A stretch of 64,000 nucleotides of DNA, taken from contig NC_086097.1 in the NCBI RefSeq assembly GCF_963921235.1, positions 189,660,001 through 189,724,000 of the forward strand, read 5' to 3'. The DNA comes from Mobula hypostoma. Taxonomy: Eukaryota. Position numbers and translations under genes: made by a program. Positions 1 through 12,011 of this stretch are shown here, piece by piece. The notes beneath the pieces are model-generated. The model made no database searches. It was not told where the DNA came from and saw only the letters and a program-made list of their open reading frames with translations. How positions within the stretch are numbered: the stretch's first letter is position 1; every line of letters starts with the position of its first letter.

Positions 1-149
1 ATGCTATTTTTAAATGAGTAAAGTTTCTTTGCTAAATATCTTTTATATTTTGCTTCAGCAGTTTTAAAATCATTTGTCGTTTGCAGTTTCAAAAGGGAAT
101 TTATTCATTTTACTGGTTTTCAGTTTACCTAGTAAAACATACAAATTTA

Positions 150-1218
150 TGAAACAAGAGGATTTTGGGCATAGCGTAGAAGACCAGGTATATAGGTGGA
201 CAGAAAGCAGTTGCAGATTTGTGCAGAGAAATGGCAGGTAGAATTTAACCAGGCTAAGTGTGAGGTGTTGCAAATGTAAAGGAATAGTACACTGTGAATG
301 GCAAGACCTTTGTCAGTAAAGAAACAGAGGAATCTTGGGGATCCATGTTCAAAATTCCTTGGAAATAGCTTCACATGTTGGTAAGATGGTAAAGGAGACT
401 TATGGCATGCTTGACCTTATTAGTCAAGGCACTAAGTTGAAGTGTTGAGAAGTTATATAAAATTATATAACAGCATTAGGACTGAGGGTGGATCTGGATC
501 AGAAGGAGAAAGAGAAATGGGAGGACTGGAGATAGACTGGAAAGTGGGCGTGGTGGTGAGGAAAACTGTTCAAATGTATCTGGAATGAACCGCCAAAGGA
601 GATAGCAGAAACATATATAATTACAATGAAGGCCTTGGAGCTTTATAAAACTATAAAGCTTTAAAAACTGCATCTTTAGTATGGTATTTAATTCTGCTTG
701 CCCCATTTTAGGAAGGAAGTGGAGGTTTTAGAGAGGGTCAGAAGAGGTTGCTAACTGGATTAGAGTCCATGTGCTATTAAGAGAGGTTGGGCAATCTTGG
801 ATTGTTTTCTCTGAAGCTGCAGAGGCTGAGGAGAGACCTCATAGCAGTTTATAAGATTAAAAAGGTATTGATATAGTAGATAGCTAGTTTCTTTACACCA
901 GGGTTGAAATGTCTAATACCGTAGGATATTTAAAGTGAGATGGGATAAGTTCAAACACAGATGTGCAGGGCAATTTTTGTTTTAAATGCAGAGATTGATG
1001 GGTGACTGGAATGCAATGCCAGGGGTGATGTGGAAGTAAATATGATAGTGACACTTAAGAGACTCTTAGATAAACACATGAATGTACAGAGAATAAAGGG
1101 ATATGGACATCGTGCAGGTAAAAGCGATTCGTTTAGTTAGGCATTTACCAGTTTAACTGGTTCAACACAGCATTGTGGGCCAAGGGGCTTGTCCCTGTGC
1201 TATGCTGTTCGATGTTCT
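150..1218 (+). mobile_element. Decayed CR1 LINE, 3' part of ORF2 plus 3' UTR
   Basis: Remnants of EKWQVEFN..KCEV and L..LRRDLIAVYKI, and a ...gggccaaggggcttgtccctgtgctatgctgttc tail, all matching better-preserved CR1 copies in this window. Confidence 0.75.
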
Positions 1219-1235
1219 TGATTTTTTTCCCACAA

Positions 1236-1562
1236 ATGTCAAATGCTAGAGGGCATAGGTTTAAAGTGAGGGGTGGAGATGTTTGAAGGAGATACACATG
1301 GCAGCATTTTTCTTCCACAGATTGTGGTTGGTGCCTGGAACATATGGCCAGGAGTGGTGGTGGAAGCAGAAAGAGCAGTGGTATTTGACAGAATTTTAGC
1401 CAGCCACATGAATATGCAGGGAAAATATGGACATGGGCCATGTGCAGGCAGGAGTGGTTAGTTTAATTTGGCATCATGCTCGGCACAGATAGCACTTGTC
1501 AGTCTGTGACATCAAGGAGCCCCATTAAAGTCAAGGCCTGTTCCTGTGCTGTTGTTTTCTAT
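1236..1562 (+). mobile_element. CR1 LINE 3' fragment
   Basis: ORF 1273-1461 (QIVVGAWN..PGVVVEA) is the CR1 ORF2 C-terminus; a CR1-type tail follows. Confidence 0.7.
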
Positions 1563-1749
1563 AACCTTTATCTGTTGAAAGAGAAAGGGTGAGTATTTCA
1601 AGTGGAAGAATCTTTATCATATGTTTAATCTGAAATTTTTAACTCACTTTCCCTTTTCACATATGCTGCCTGTAGTCCTGAGTCTATCCAGTATCTTCCA
1701 TTCTTTGTACGTGGCCTATCAGCGCTGTCAACAGAGCTTTACCAAAAGG

Positions 1750-2720
1750 GATTACTCACAGGTTGGCAGCAGTTATTTAAAAAGGGAGCTTCGAGAGTGT
1801 TTGTCCATTAGACGTGGCCTATCAGTGGCTATAACCGGAGCACCAAACGTGAGTTAGATAGCAGGGAAGGTTCAGGCATAAAAGGGAGACATTGCCTAGC
1901 GGAGCGGTCATCGATGGAGTGATCTGAGGCAGAGTGGTAAGGCTTTGGCTTATTCGGGCTTTGGCGAGGTAAGTGGGTAAGTGGACTTCGTTTTTTTTAA
2001 TTTCCATTTTTATTTAGAGGAATAAAGAGCACGTCTGTAGGATTAGTTCTTTGCTCTGGGTGTCAGATGTGGGAATCCTGTGAATCTTCCCAGATTCCCA
2101 GGATGGCCACATCTGCACCAGGTGCACCGAGATGCAGCTCCTGAGAGACCATGTTAGGGATCTGGAGCTACGGCTTGATGACCTACAGCTTATTAGGGAG
2201 AGTGAACAGGAGATAGATAGGAGCTAGAGGGAGTTAGTCACCCCAAGGCTGCAGGAGTTAGATAGTGGTGACTGTCATGGAAGGGATGGGAAGTGCTCAG
2301 ATAGTAGAGAGCACCCCTGTGGCCATCCCCTCAGTAGTCATTATCTCATTTTGGATGCTGTTGAGGGGAGTGACCTGACAGAGGACGACCATGGCGATCA
2401 GGTCTCTGGCACTGAGCCTGGTTCCATGGTGCAGAAGGGAGAGAAGAAGATGAAGAATGTGGTAGCCATAGGAGATTCTATAGTGAGGGGAATAGACAGG
2501 AGGTTCTCTCAGCCTGATAGAATTATCTGCATGGTGTGTTGTCTCCCAGGTGCCAGGGTACAGGATGTCTCGGATTGGGTGCAAAGTATTCCGAACGGAG
2601 AGGGTGAACAGCCAGAAGTCTTGGTACATGATGGTACCAATGACAGGTAAAAAAAGGGAGGAGGTCCTGAAGAGAGAATTCAGGGATTTGGGTAGGAAGC
2701 TGAAAAGCTGGACCTCCAGG
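1750..2720 (+). mobile_element. CR1 LINE 5' UTR and ORF1 (zinc finger plus SGNH/GDSL esterase), 3'-truncated
   Basis: CSGCQMWE...HICTRC from about 2031; ORF 2351-2650 contains VAIGDSIVRG, CCLPGARVQD and VHDGTND, the esterase motifs of CR1 ORF1; stops present. Confidence 0.85.
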
Positions 2721-2938
2721 TGCCGATCTTTTTTTTTGCTGGTGGGGGGAGGAGGGGGGAATGTCGCTTACACGCGGGAGGGGGGATCTGGAGGGTGACT
2801 TAGGGGCTCTAAAATTTAACTGTCATTTATTCTTTGGGGCACTCCTCTGTTTTCATGGATGGTTGTGAAGAAAAAGCATTTCAGGATGTATATTGTATAC
2901 ATTTTTCTGACATTAAATTGTACCTTTGAACCTTTGAA
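2721..2938 (+). mobile_element. Probable 3' end of a non-LTR retroelement, family unassigned
   Basis: Begins abruptly where CR1 ORF1 ends; finishes with attaaa and a short tandem tail (cctttgaa x2). Confidence 0.4.
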
Positions 2939-4678
2939 AATAATAATTTTGAAACATTACCAACCACTTTTGAATTTGAGTGAATGATCCATTTAGTTCC
3001 CTTTTGCAGTCCCCACTATCTCAGAAGCTGGCCTTCTACTATTTTATTTCACCCTGCATTATTTCAAGGAGTTGGTGAGAACACTGGATACAACAAAGCA
3101 CATGAGCTTTATCATTTGCAATGCTGAATTTTTGTTCTCCACTACATGCCATGCTTCTTGTTAAGTTCTCCCAATAAAGCAATATACCAGCATCCTGACA
3201 ATAAGGGATCTAATTTCAATGGTATTTTCTATCCATAAATCCAATCAGACCAATTACTCCCTTATCATTCTGCTCTTAATGATCAGCAAAGAACAGGAAG
3301 GTACTGTATTGCTGGTAATGCTGCCAAGGCACCAGATTCCCCATTAATCTTTTTCCTTATCTTTATTTCTGGCTCAGCATGCATCACTGAACACCAGATC
3401 TCAATACAATATGGATCCAAATGAGAACAAAAAAACGGTCTAGGACTGAGGTGAAGGTGACTTCCCTGAATGTTAAGATTATATTTGTCAGACTGTGACA
3501 TCAAGGAGCACCCCCCCCCAAAACAAAAGTTTTGTTTTGTGAGTCATGTCTGACACATAGGAAGATGGCTGAGTTGATTGCAATCAATTATCCTTGCTCA
3601 AGAATACTACTATAGGGGCTTCTCGGAACTGTCTGCTTGGTTTTATAAAAGATTACCCCCCTGGAACAATCAAGTCAAAAATTAGGGTTGAGTGAAGGGG
3701 GAAGTGGGGTTGGTGATGGGGAAATTCAACTGGATAATGTGACTGGAAGAACAGGGCAGTGCCTAGATCTGTGTTTTTTACACCCCAGAACCCTTCTGCT
3801 GTACACAAAGCATAACTGGTCTATACTTGCTATACATCTCCAACAATATTCAAATGTTTTAGATTACCCCTGATATATCTAGTCAGCAAGTTCAACATCT
3901 GTAATTGGAAGCTACATTCTTAACCCATTGCAGTATTTTTCAAGAAAGCCCTCTCATAGTGTTGGTGAGTGTGGAGATCTAGGATTTACATCCAATAACA
4001 ATGAAGGACATTTCCAAGTCAAAATGGTGTGCAACTTGAAGGAGAATCTGCAGGTGATGGTATCCCCATAATGCTGAAGCCTTCCTCTTCTATGGTGATG
4101 GAGGGTGCTGTGGGAGTGGTCTAAACACTAGTAACTACTGAACGTTTTGTGGATTACACACCCCTGCAGTCATTGTGTGTCAGTGCTAACAAGAATAAAT
4201 AGCTAAGTGCTGGGTAGGGTATCAGTCAAGTGGCCTGTTGTATTTTGAATGTTGTCAAGCCTGATGAAGATGATATTCCTTCAGGCTTTGTTTATGAGCA
4301 ACTGAGAACTTTTATGACAAGATTTATATAAACCCATCTATATACCTGTTACAGTTGTGCCAAATATACCCCATGAATGATAAAGCACATTTCTCCAAAG
4401 TTTTATTTTACAGTTTTACTTAATTTTAATGGTTACGCAAAACTATGAATTGCTCCTCTTCAGGATAATTTTGACATAACACAGCATAATTCTGACATGT
4501 TTTTGAACTGACTTTGCTTTCTTATTTTCATTGATCTCTCAATCATTCTTGCAGGGCTTAATTGCCCTTGAGTTTGCAATGACAGCATAAGGTCATGTGC
4601 TAGTTATTGTTCTTTTATAAATTTACACTGTACAATAACATATTTTGTGCCAAGTAACAATGTAAAGAGCGTACATAC

Positions 4679-4726
4679 CTACTGTAGAAATCATCTCTAT
4701 AATAATCATAGTCAAAGTCGTAAGCA
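4679..4726 (-). CDS. RALYL: Internal 48-nt coding exon (phase 2-2) of an hnRNP C/RALY-family RNA-binding protein, most likely RALY-like
   Basis: Minus strand reads ttttctccctttttcagcag|T GCT TAC GAC TTT GAC TAT GAT TAT TAT AGA GAT GAT TTC TAC AGT AG|gtatgt = AYDFDYDYYRDDFYSR. This matches the FDYDYYRDDFY motif and the 48-nt exon size I recall for RALY/RALYL. The paralogue choice rests on the very long flanking intron and is uncertain. Confidence 0.85.
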
Positions 4727-6242
4727 CTGCTGAAAAAGGGAGAAAACAACTTTAATGAGATGCTGCAGAATAACAACCCATTTTCCAAGCTTAAAGAGAT
4801 AGATTGCATTACTTCTGATGACATTGAATACATGCAGAAAATAACAGTACACAGAAAGGTAGGTGGCAAATTAACAGTTGTAACATGAAAGATACAGAGA
4901 AAGCAGGAAATGCTAGAGACACATCCTTGGACATCTTGTATACCCCTCCAGATTTTTCAATTCAGATGAAAATATGTTAAACTTGCTGAAAGTTTGTTCT
5001 GTGTATTTCTAAAAAGTTCTGATTTTCTTTTAAATATCCAGCATCCATAATTTTTATTTAAGATGTGCCGTCTTTTCAGACTTGCTCTTAAGGTCATCTT
5101 ATCATCAAACAAGTACATTTCTGTGTCTCCAGTGAAAGCATTCATTTAATTCAGGTTACCTGGAGAGTGAATGACAGCTACTGTAAACTCAGATTAATGT
5201 AGAACTCCTGACCTGCAGACTTAGGGCAACTGCCAGAGATCCCAAGTGTGTTCAGAGTTGTGATTGGTGTACATCAAAAGTCATGAAGAAAACATGAAGG
5301 AGTACCACTCTGAGTGTTATGGTGCAGAACTTTCCCTGAGGCACATTCGTCTGCCTAGTCCTACAGAGTCAAATAAAAAGGCTTTTGAAGGACACTGCCA
5401 TTTCAGATTTACTCTTGACAGGCCTTCAAAGGGTGGGAAGGTTACATCAACTCCCATTCTGGCCTAGATTTAAAACTGCAGCTAGGGATCAATGACATCA
5501 TTGTAACTATGTGCGAATTTAAAGCAGTATCCTGTCAGCTTTGAGAAGGTCCATAGGAAGCAATTGTTCAATTTACTAAGTCTGCATTGAGCCTTAAGTA
5601 AAACAATTGTGTTAGTACCAAACTCACCTACATCACTGTATTTATCTGACTCTTTTTTGAAGGTTACAATGTCAATAAGAAAGTCATTCAGTACCAGACA
5701 TCCCACCCTGCAAAAACTCATTACAGGGAGGTAGCACCCTCGCCCCCGCAACCCCTTATCCCCCCCTCCACCCCGTCGACCTCCAAGGGTGTATGTAATA
5801 CTTTGTTTAATGATTTTGTCTAATCTGTAAACCAAGTTGGGTATATGCAGCAAATGTGAAATTAAAATGTGTACTTATATTATCATGTATATCCTATTAC
5901 AACTTTAAGCATGTCTACAGCGAGTTTGGCCTCATCACGTAGGACATCAATAGCGTAGCTCCTCGGCAGCCAGCCAGCTAGTCTAAATCAGGGGTCCCCA
6001 ACCATTTTTCCACCGTGCACCAGTTTAATATTGACAATATTCTTGCAGACCAGCCAACCCGGGTGGGGGGGGGGGGAGGGGTGTTAAACGCGACCGGAAT
6101 ATAGGTGATAAGTCAACTGTAAGTCACTTGTAAGTGACTAATACACACAAATTTGTTTCTAAGGGGGTTTATCTACCGAATTTAATACTAAACACACAGC
6201 GCATATTTTCCTCACTTGAATATAGTGATAAGTCAATTATAA

Positions 6243-6460
6243 CAGTGGTCCCAAACCTCCAGGCCGCAAAGAATACAGCGGCGGCCGCAACGCACCCAGC
6301 ACATCTTTAAGAAAAAAGCTGAAATAAACAAGCTAATTGATTAGGTGCTGGGCGGCACCTAATTAATTAGCTTGTTTATTACGGCTTTTTTCTTAAAGAT
6401 GTGCTGGGTGCATTCCGGCCACCGCTGTATTCTTTGCGGCCTGGAGGGTGGAGACCTCTG
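6243..6460. mobile_element. Palindromic hAT-type MITE (218 bp) nested in the Charlie-type element
   Basis: Near-perfect inverted repeat over its whole length; the end cagtggtcccaaacc resembles the host element TIR; partial TSD (ataa). Confidence 0.85.
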
Positions 6461-6582
6461 ATAAGTCACTTATAAGTCAATAGCATCACAACATTTTAAG
6501 TAACGTTTGGATATTAAACACACAGCGCATATTTTCCTTGTATGAACATATAAAATCATTGCAACACACCAATATCGCTGAA

Positions 6583-7000
6583 TCAGTGGGAGCCCTGGGC
6601 TTGTTTCCCTGCAACAACACGGTGCCATCGAGGGGTGATGGGAGACAGCGATACTCGAAGGGGGTTCCTTATGTCCAGTCTATTCCACAATTTAGTTTTC
6701 GTTGCATTCATTGCAGAAAACTTCACTTCGCAGAAATAGGTTGGAAATGGAAGCAACATTTTCAGTGCTTTCGTGGCTTTCTCAGGATATTCAGCCTTGA
6801 CTTTGATCCAGAATGCCAGCAGAGATGTTATGTCAAACATACTTTTCAGCCCGTCGTCATTCACAAGCTCGAGGAGTTGATCTTTTTCCCGCGCTGACAT
6901 GGATGATTCACCAGGGACATTCACAAATGGGTCACAGACCCATTCCTTTGCACGTCTTGCGTCACTGATGACCTCGTGTGCGTTAAAATTCAACAGTGAG
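6583..7000 (-). pseudogene. hAT transposase C-terminal dimerisation-domain fragment
   Basis: FWIKVKAEYPEKATKALKMLLPFPTYFCEVKFSAMNATKTKLWNRLD...KQAQGSH is typical of Charlie/Buster transposase ends. Confidence 0.85.
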
Positions 7001-8029
7001 TGACAGGGAATGAGGAAAGGTACAGCTGACTCATATTGTTTCATATCCCAAATCATATTGTTTCCTCGCAGTCCGGTGGTTGGGGACCACTCTTAGCACG
7101 AAGAGAGACCAGTCAGGATGCTCCCTCTCCCTCTCAGAAACATCTATTTCTGGGATATTTTATGTAATTTCTGGGCGTCAGGGAGCCACTATCGGTATGC
7201 GGGAGACTCCCAGAACTTCCAGGAGAGGTGGGATGTCTGCAGTACATCTCTGTGACTTGTTCATCCTGCTCCCTCTGGATGCACGTAGTTATAACCCCCT
7301 TCGACAGGAGTCACATGCAGTAGCCGAAAATTCAACTGTTGGGAGTGTTTATGTCAACAACTTACTTTACAACAGCCAGCCAGGACAGAAGAAAGTAAGC
7401 AACCAAAAGCCATTGCTCCAAGAAGACAAGCATACACATATCAGAGTTATATTTGGTTATAATAACTTCAACGTATCTGTATAAGATTGCACAGAAATAG
7501 CACTGAACTAAACCACCAGTCCTCATAGAGGCATCAGAAGTGAAAGGGGTGAGCAATTTGAAGTTCCTGGCTGTCTACATCTCTGAGAATCTATCTTGGG
7601 CCCAACTTATTGATGCTGTTCGAAAGAAGGCACAACAGCGGCTATACTTCATCAGAAGTTTGAGGAGGCTTGGTATGTTACCAAAGACACGCGCAAATTT
7701 CTACAGATGTAACATGGAGAGCATGCTAACTGGCTACATCACCGTCTGGTATTGGGAGGGCAGGGGTGGCACAGCACAGGATCGAAATCGGTTGTAAACT
7801 CAGCCAGCTCCACCGTGGGCACGAGCCTCCCCAGCATTCAGGATGTTTTCAAGGAGTGATGCCTCAAAAAGGCAGCATCCAGGTGCAATCCATCACCCAG
7901 GGCATGTCCTCTTCTCATTCCCATCAGGGAACAGACACACTCAACGATTCAGGAACAGCTTCTTCCCCTCTGCCATTAGATATATGAATGGAGATTGAAC
8001 CCATAAAAACTACCTTACTATTCATTGTC

Positions 8030-8198
8030 GCAAACACGAGGAATTCTGCAGATGCTGGAAATTCAAGCAACACACATCAAAGTTGCTGGTGAACGCAGCA
8101 GGTCAGGCAGCATCTGTAGGAAGAGGTACAGTCGACGTTTCAGGCCGAGACCCTTCGTCAGGACTAACTGAAGGAAGAACTAGTAAGAGATTTGAAAA
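8030..8198 (-). mobile_element. Penelope-like element terminal stub
   Basis: Reverse complement closely matches 34425-34590, the terminus of the well-preserved Penelope copy. Confidence 0.85.
8130..8165 (-). ncRNA. Minimal type I hammerhead ribozyme motif (intact core)
   Basis: Minus strand AGTC-CTGACGA-AGGGTCTCGGCCT-GAAA-CGTC-GACT: CUGANGA and GAAA core, GUC triplet, stem I AGTC/GACT, palindromic ACGT in place of stem III. Confidence 0.75.
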
Positions 8199-8204
8199 GA
8201 CTTG

Positions 8205-8443
8205 AAAAGGTGCTTGGAAGTAGGTACAGAGGAGATGTCAGGGGTAAGTTTTTTATGCAGAGAGTGGTGAGTGCGTGGAATGGGCTGCCAGCGACAGTGG
8301 TGGAGGTGGATACTATAGGGTCTTTTAAGAGGCTCCTAGACAGGTATATGGAGCTCAGAAAAGGGCTATGGGTAACCCTAGGTAATTTCTAAGGGACATG
8401 TTCAGCACAGCTGTAGGTTTCTGCTTTCTATGTTCCATGTTCT
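8205..8443 (+). mobile_element. CR1 LINE 3' end
   Basis: KVLGSRYRGDVRGKFFMQRVVSAWNGLP...FKRLLDRYM followed by a tail. Confidence 0.85.
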
Positions 8444-10054
8444 ATATTGCAATGTTCTGCTACTGTACGACAAGTTTCATGACATACAGTATGCCAGTGA
8501 TAATTAACCTGATTCTGATTCTAATTCTGATAAACATATAATGTATATTTATGTATTCTTAAACACCTGGCTTTAAAGAAAGCAAATTAATGATGATCAG
8601 ATTGTAAAAGTAATGCAGATAAGAATTCAGTATAAATATCTTTAGGGTCCCACGAGTTTAATAAGGTTATACTTCACATAGCATAATTCAGTCCATTTCT
8701 ATGGACTTGATGAAGGAACAGATTGCCATCAATGATCCTAAATCCTTACTGTGATGCATCAAATACTCTTATTGGTCTCTAGAGTAACAGAGTTTCAATG
8801 TTCTTTTGTGACTACTCTTCTCACAATTCTGTATATTTCTCTATTTTCCAGCCCTACTCATTTATCTTCTTTACTTCCTGCTTTGGGTGATTTGTTTTCC
8901 AAGAGAAATGCTATAAATAGTCCACATAATTGACTATTAGGAATCATTCCATATCCTCTTGCACTGCCAACACCTGCTGAGATATTTAAATAAGTTTGCT
9001 TGAATTTATTCATGCTATCAATAATAGAAACTCAGAACCTTGAAATATACCTTTCACTATATTATGTTTAAGTCAAGTAGAAATTTGGGGTAAAGACTTT
9101 CAAGTCTATGTTCCCCATTGGACAATACCTAATAAAAAAAGACTTAGACATAAATCCAACTCTCAATACTTTTACTCACCTACAGTATATATTTTCAAAG
9201 AGCTTAGCCATTGTGTTCTGAATTCCAATGACATCACCATGACAGATGGTTTATCATTTTACAGATTCTTTCTCTCAGTTTTTGCAAATAAGCAGTTAAG
9301 TGACAACCCAAATTATAGATTAAAAAACAATTAAACTGGATGGAATGAAATTACATAGTTGATTAAAGAATAAAAAGTGAAGATGGTTATATACAATATA
9401 GTACAAATAGGGAAATAAAATCTTCCATTCAACAAAGCAGGTATGCAGTTATACAAATTTCCTTAAAACATTTTAGAGACAAAAAAGATGTTCGAAAAGG
9501 TACAGTATTTTAGATAAGAATGATGTAAGGATGCTAGGCATCTGAATGCTCACTTCATCCCTTCCACCAGACAAAGAAACAGGAAGAACTCACTGGCATG
9601 TCATTGAAAAGGACAATTTTCCAAAATGACATATCCACGGCTCCAAATTTTTAACAGAAATTTATAATGTTGATAATCTATGTCCTGAAACAGAATAATT
9701 GGGTTCATTATTTTCAAGTGATCACATTTCAATTAATTATTTGATGATCTACTTCCAGAGCAGATATAATACTAGCTGAATCAATATGAATCAGTATGCC
9801 CCATAAGCTGTATTGATTTTGCATAAGCTTGATCTTGTTTCATTCAGTTCTAACTGCCAAAAAAAAAATGGTTTAAAAAAACTCTGTATGTGAAAATTGC
9901 TTTAGGTTTGTGAGTATGATAGAACATCATAATGTTGTTAGCAATCTAGAGGCCAGGCTGAATAACTAAAGGACAAGATTTTAAATCCCAGTAGCTAGAC
10001 AATTTAAATTGAGTTAAATAAATAAGTCAGCAATAGTAATCCGGAAACAAAATT

Positions 10055-11680
10055 GGTAAATTGTTTTATTAATTGTTACATGTACCAAGATACAGTTAAA
10101 AAATTATCTTGCAAATCATACATGCAGATTAAAATTCTTTACCATAGTGCATTGAGGTTCTACAAGGTGAAACCACAACAGAGAGTAGAGTAAAGACTTA
10201 GTTACAGAGAAAGCGTAGAGCAAATAGACAATAAAGTGGAAGGACATAATGAAGTGGATTGTGAGGAAAATCGTTCCTCTTACTCAAGATCGTTTAATAT
10301 AATTTCCAGTATAAAAATGTAAAGGAGAACAAAATAATTGTTACTCCAGATGCAATGCAGCAGATAAAAAAAACACACTCAAATAAAGAACAGAATAATT
10401 AAAAAACACAATAAATATAAATCCATAAGTTAGTTGATATACATAGTTTGATTACGTGGACATACATTGATGGTAGGAAACTGTTCAGTGGCAGGAAGAA
10501 GCTGACTCTGAACCTGGTGGTACAAACTTTAGGCTTTTGTGTCATCTGCCTCACGGGAGGGATGAAACAAGAAAATGCCCTGGCGGGTGGGGTCTGACAA
10601 TGCTGTCAGCTTTACCAAAGCAGTGAGAATTGAAGGCAGAATCCATGGAGGAGAAGCTGGTTTCTGAGATGTGCTGAGCTGTGTCCACAACTCTGTAACT
10701 TCTTGCTGTTACAGAGAGAGCACGTGCCATAACCAAGGCGAGATGCATCTGCATAGAACACTTCCTATGATGCATTGATAAACTTGGTGGGAGCTGAAGA
10801 GGACATGCCTCCTGAGGAATTGGAGACACTGATGAGCTTTCTTGGCCGTAGCATCAATATGGTTGAACCTGGACAGGCCATTACTGATGTGAACAGCAAC
10901 GTGTACTGTACACTGCCCACTTCCTGAAATCGATGATCAGTTAATGTGCTTTACTGACATGATTGTTTTCATGACACCATTCCACTAAGCTCTCTGTCTC
11001 CCTCCTGTACTCCAAATCACTGTTATTTGAAATACAACTCATCATGCTGGTATCACCTGCAAACTTGTAGATGGAGTTAGAGCAGAATCCGATCATGCAT
11101 ACATGATTGTACAGGGATTAAAGCAGGGTCTGAGGACACAGGCTAGTGGGGCGCCAGTGTTGTGAATAATAGCGACAAAGATGACGCTGCTTATCCTTAC
11201 TGATTGTGATCTGGTGGACAAGAATGTAAAGGTTACTTTCCTCATGTTCACTCTCTGGAAGACTGATCTTATCTCTGCAACAGCTGGTGCTGACATTCCA
11301 TTCCTCTTCTGTTCAAAATGAGCATAGAATGCATTAAGCTCATCAAGAAGAAATGTGCTATTGTTGGTGAGGCTGCCTGACTTTGTTTTGTTGCCCATTA
11401 TAGCATGTTATCACAACTGATAACCGGTCTGGGTCTGGATTTTGGACTGGGATCATGTCTTGGCATCTCTGGTAGCTTTACGGAGGTCAGGTCTTGACTT
11501 CTTGTAAATGTGATGGTTAACTGATTTGAACACTGAAGTCCTAGTCCTTAGTAGTGAGTGGATATCTTCGTTCATCCATGATTTCCAGTTTGGTACTCAG
11601 TCCTCAACACACCCTCTGTGACGGTGGTGACATACTTAACTGGACTGAGGCTTTGAACATGAATTAATAGGTTACTTTAA
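10055..11680 (-). mobile_element. Decayed Rex1/Babar-like LINE(s), composite with internal deletions
   Basis: Minus-strand ORFs contain LLDELNAFYAHFE, NTGAP..C and RVVDTAQHI; the tail at 10285-10470 resembles that at 50821. Confidence 0.7.
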
Positions 11681-12011
11681 CTATCTATCTTTTGTACTAG
11701 TGTCCTTCACTGAAGGAAACATTGTTACCTTTTTGAGCTTTTGTATGATTTCAAATCAACAACAAAGTACTTAGCTTTTAGCTGATATTTAACACAGTAA
11801 ACCTCACAGTTAATTCAAAGAAGTATGAAAAATGATATCAGGAATAAACTTGGAAGGATCCAATAAAATTCTGCTGTGCTACCATATCTAATCATGAATA
11901 AGAGATTTATAGGAGATGCAAGGAAGATAGTTTTCATACAGAAGGTGGTTAGAGTTTGGGATGCATTGCCTGAGAGCTTGATGAAGTAGAAACTATCACT
12001 AGGTTAACAAC

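Larger units (their letters stand above)
5989..7092 (-). mobile_element. Internally deleted hAT (Charlie/Buster-type) DNA transposon
   Basis: TIRs caggggtccccaacc and ggttggggaccactc; carries a transposase C-terminal fragment; no clean 8-bp TSD seen. Confidence 0.85.
5695..7239. mobile_element. Non-autonomous DNA transposon with 13-bp TIR and 6-bp TSD (hosts nested elements)
   Basis: cagacatcccacc at 5695-5707 and its reverse complement ggtgggatgtctg at 7227-7239; flanked by cagtac at 5689-5694 and 7240-7245. Confidence 0.8.
7530..8530 (+). mobile_element. Rex1/Babar-like LINE 3' fragment, interrupted at about 8030-8443; tail resumes at about 8445
   Basis: KFLAVYISENLSW...KKAQQRLYFIRSLRRLG...ESMLTGYITVWY; (attctg)n-type tail near 8512-8530. 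Confidence 0.8.

Noticed and set aside
1969..2017. Possible intron in the CR1 5' UTR (gtaagt...tttag)
   Set aside because: 49 nt is shorter than typical vertebrate introns, and there is no other support
5482..5853. 123-aa ORF with an RGG-like stretch near the RALY-family exon
   Set aside because: The Gly/Arg run comes from a C-rich tract inside the DNA transposon at 5695-7239
9180..9217. Minus-strand pseudo-exon with a gtgagt donor
   Set aside because: 38 nt, weak pyrimidine tract, not frame-compatible with the phase-2 exon
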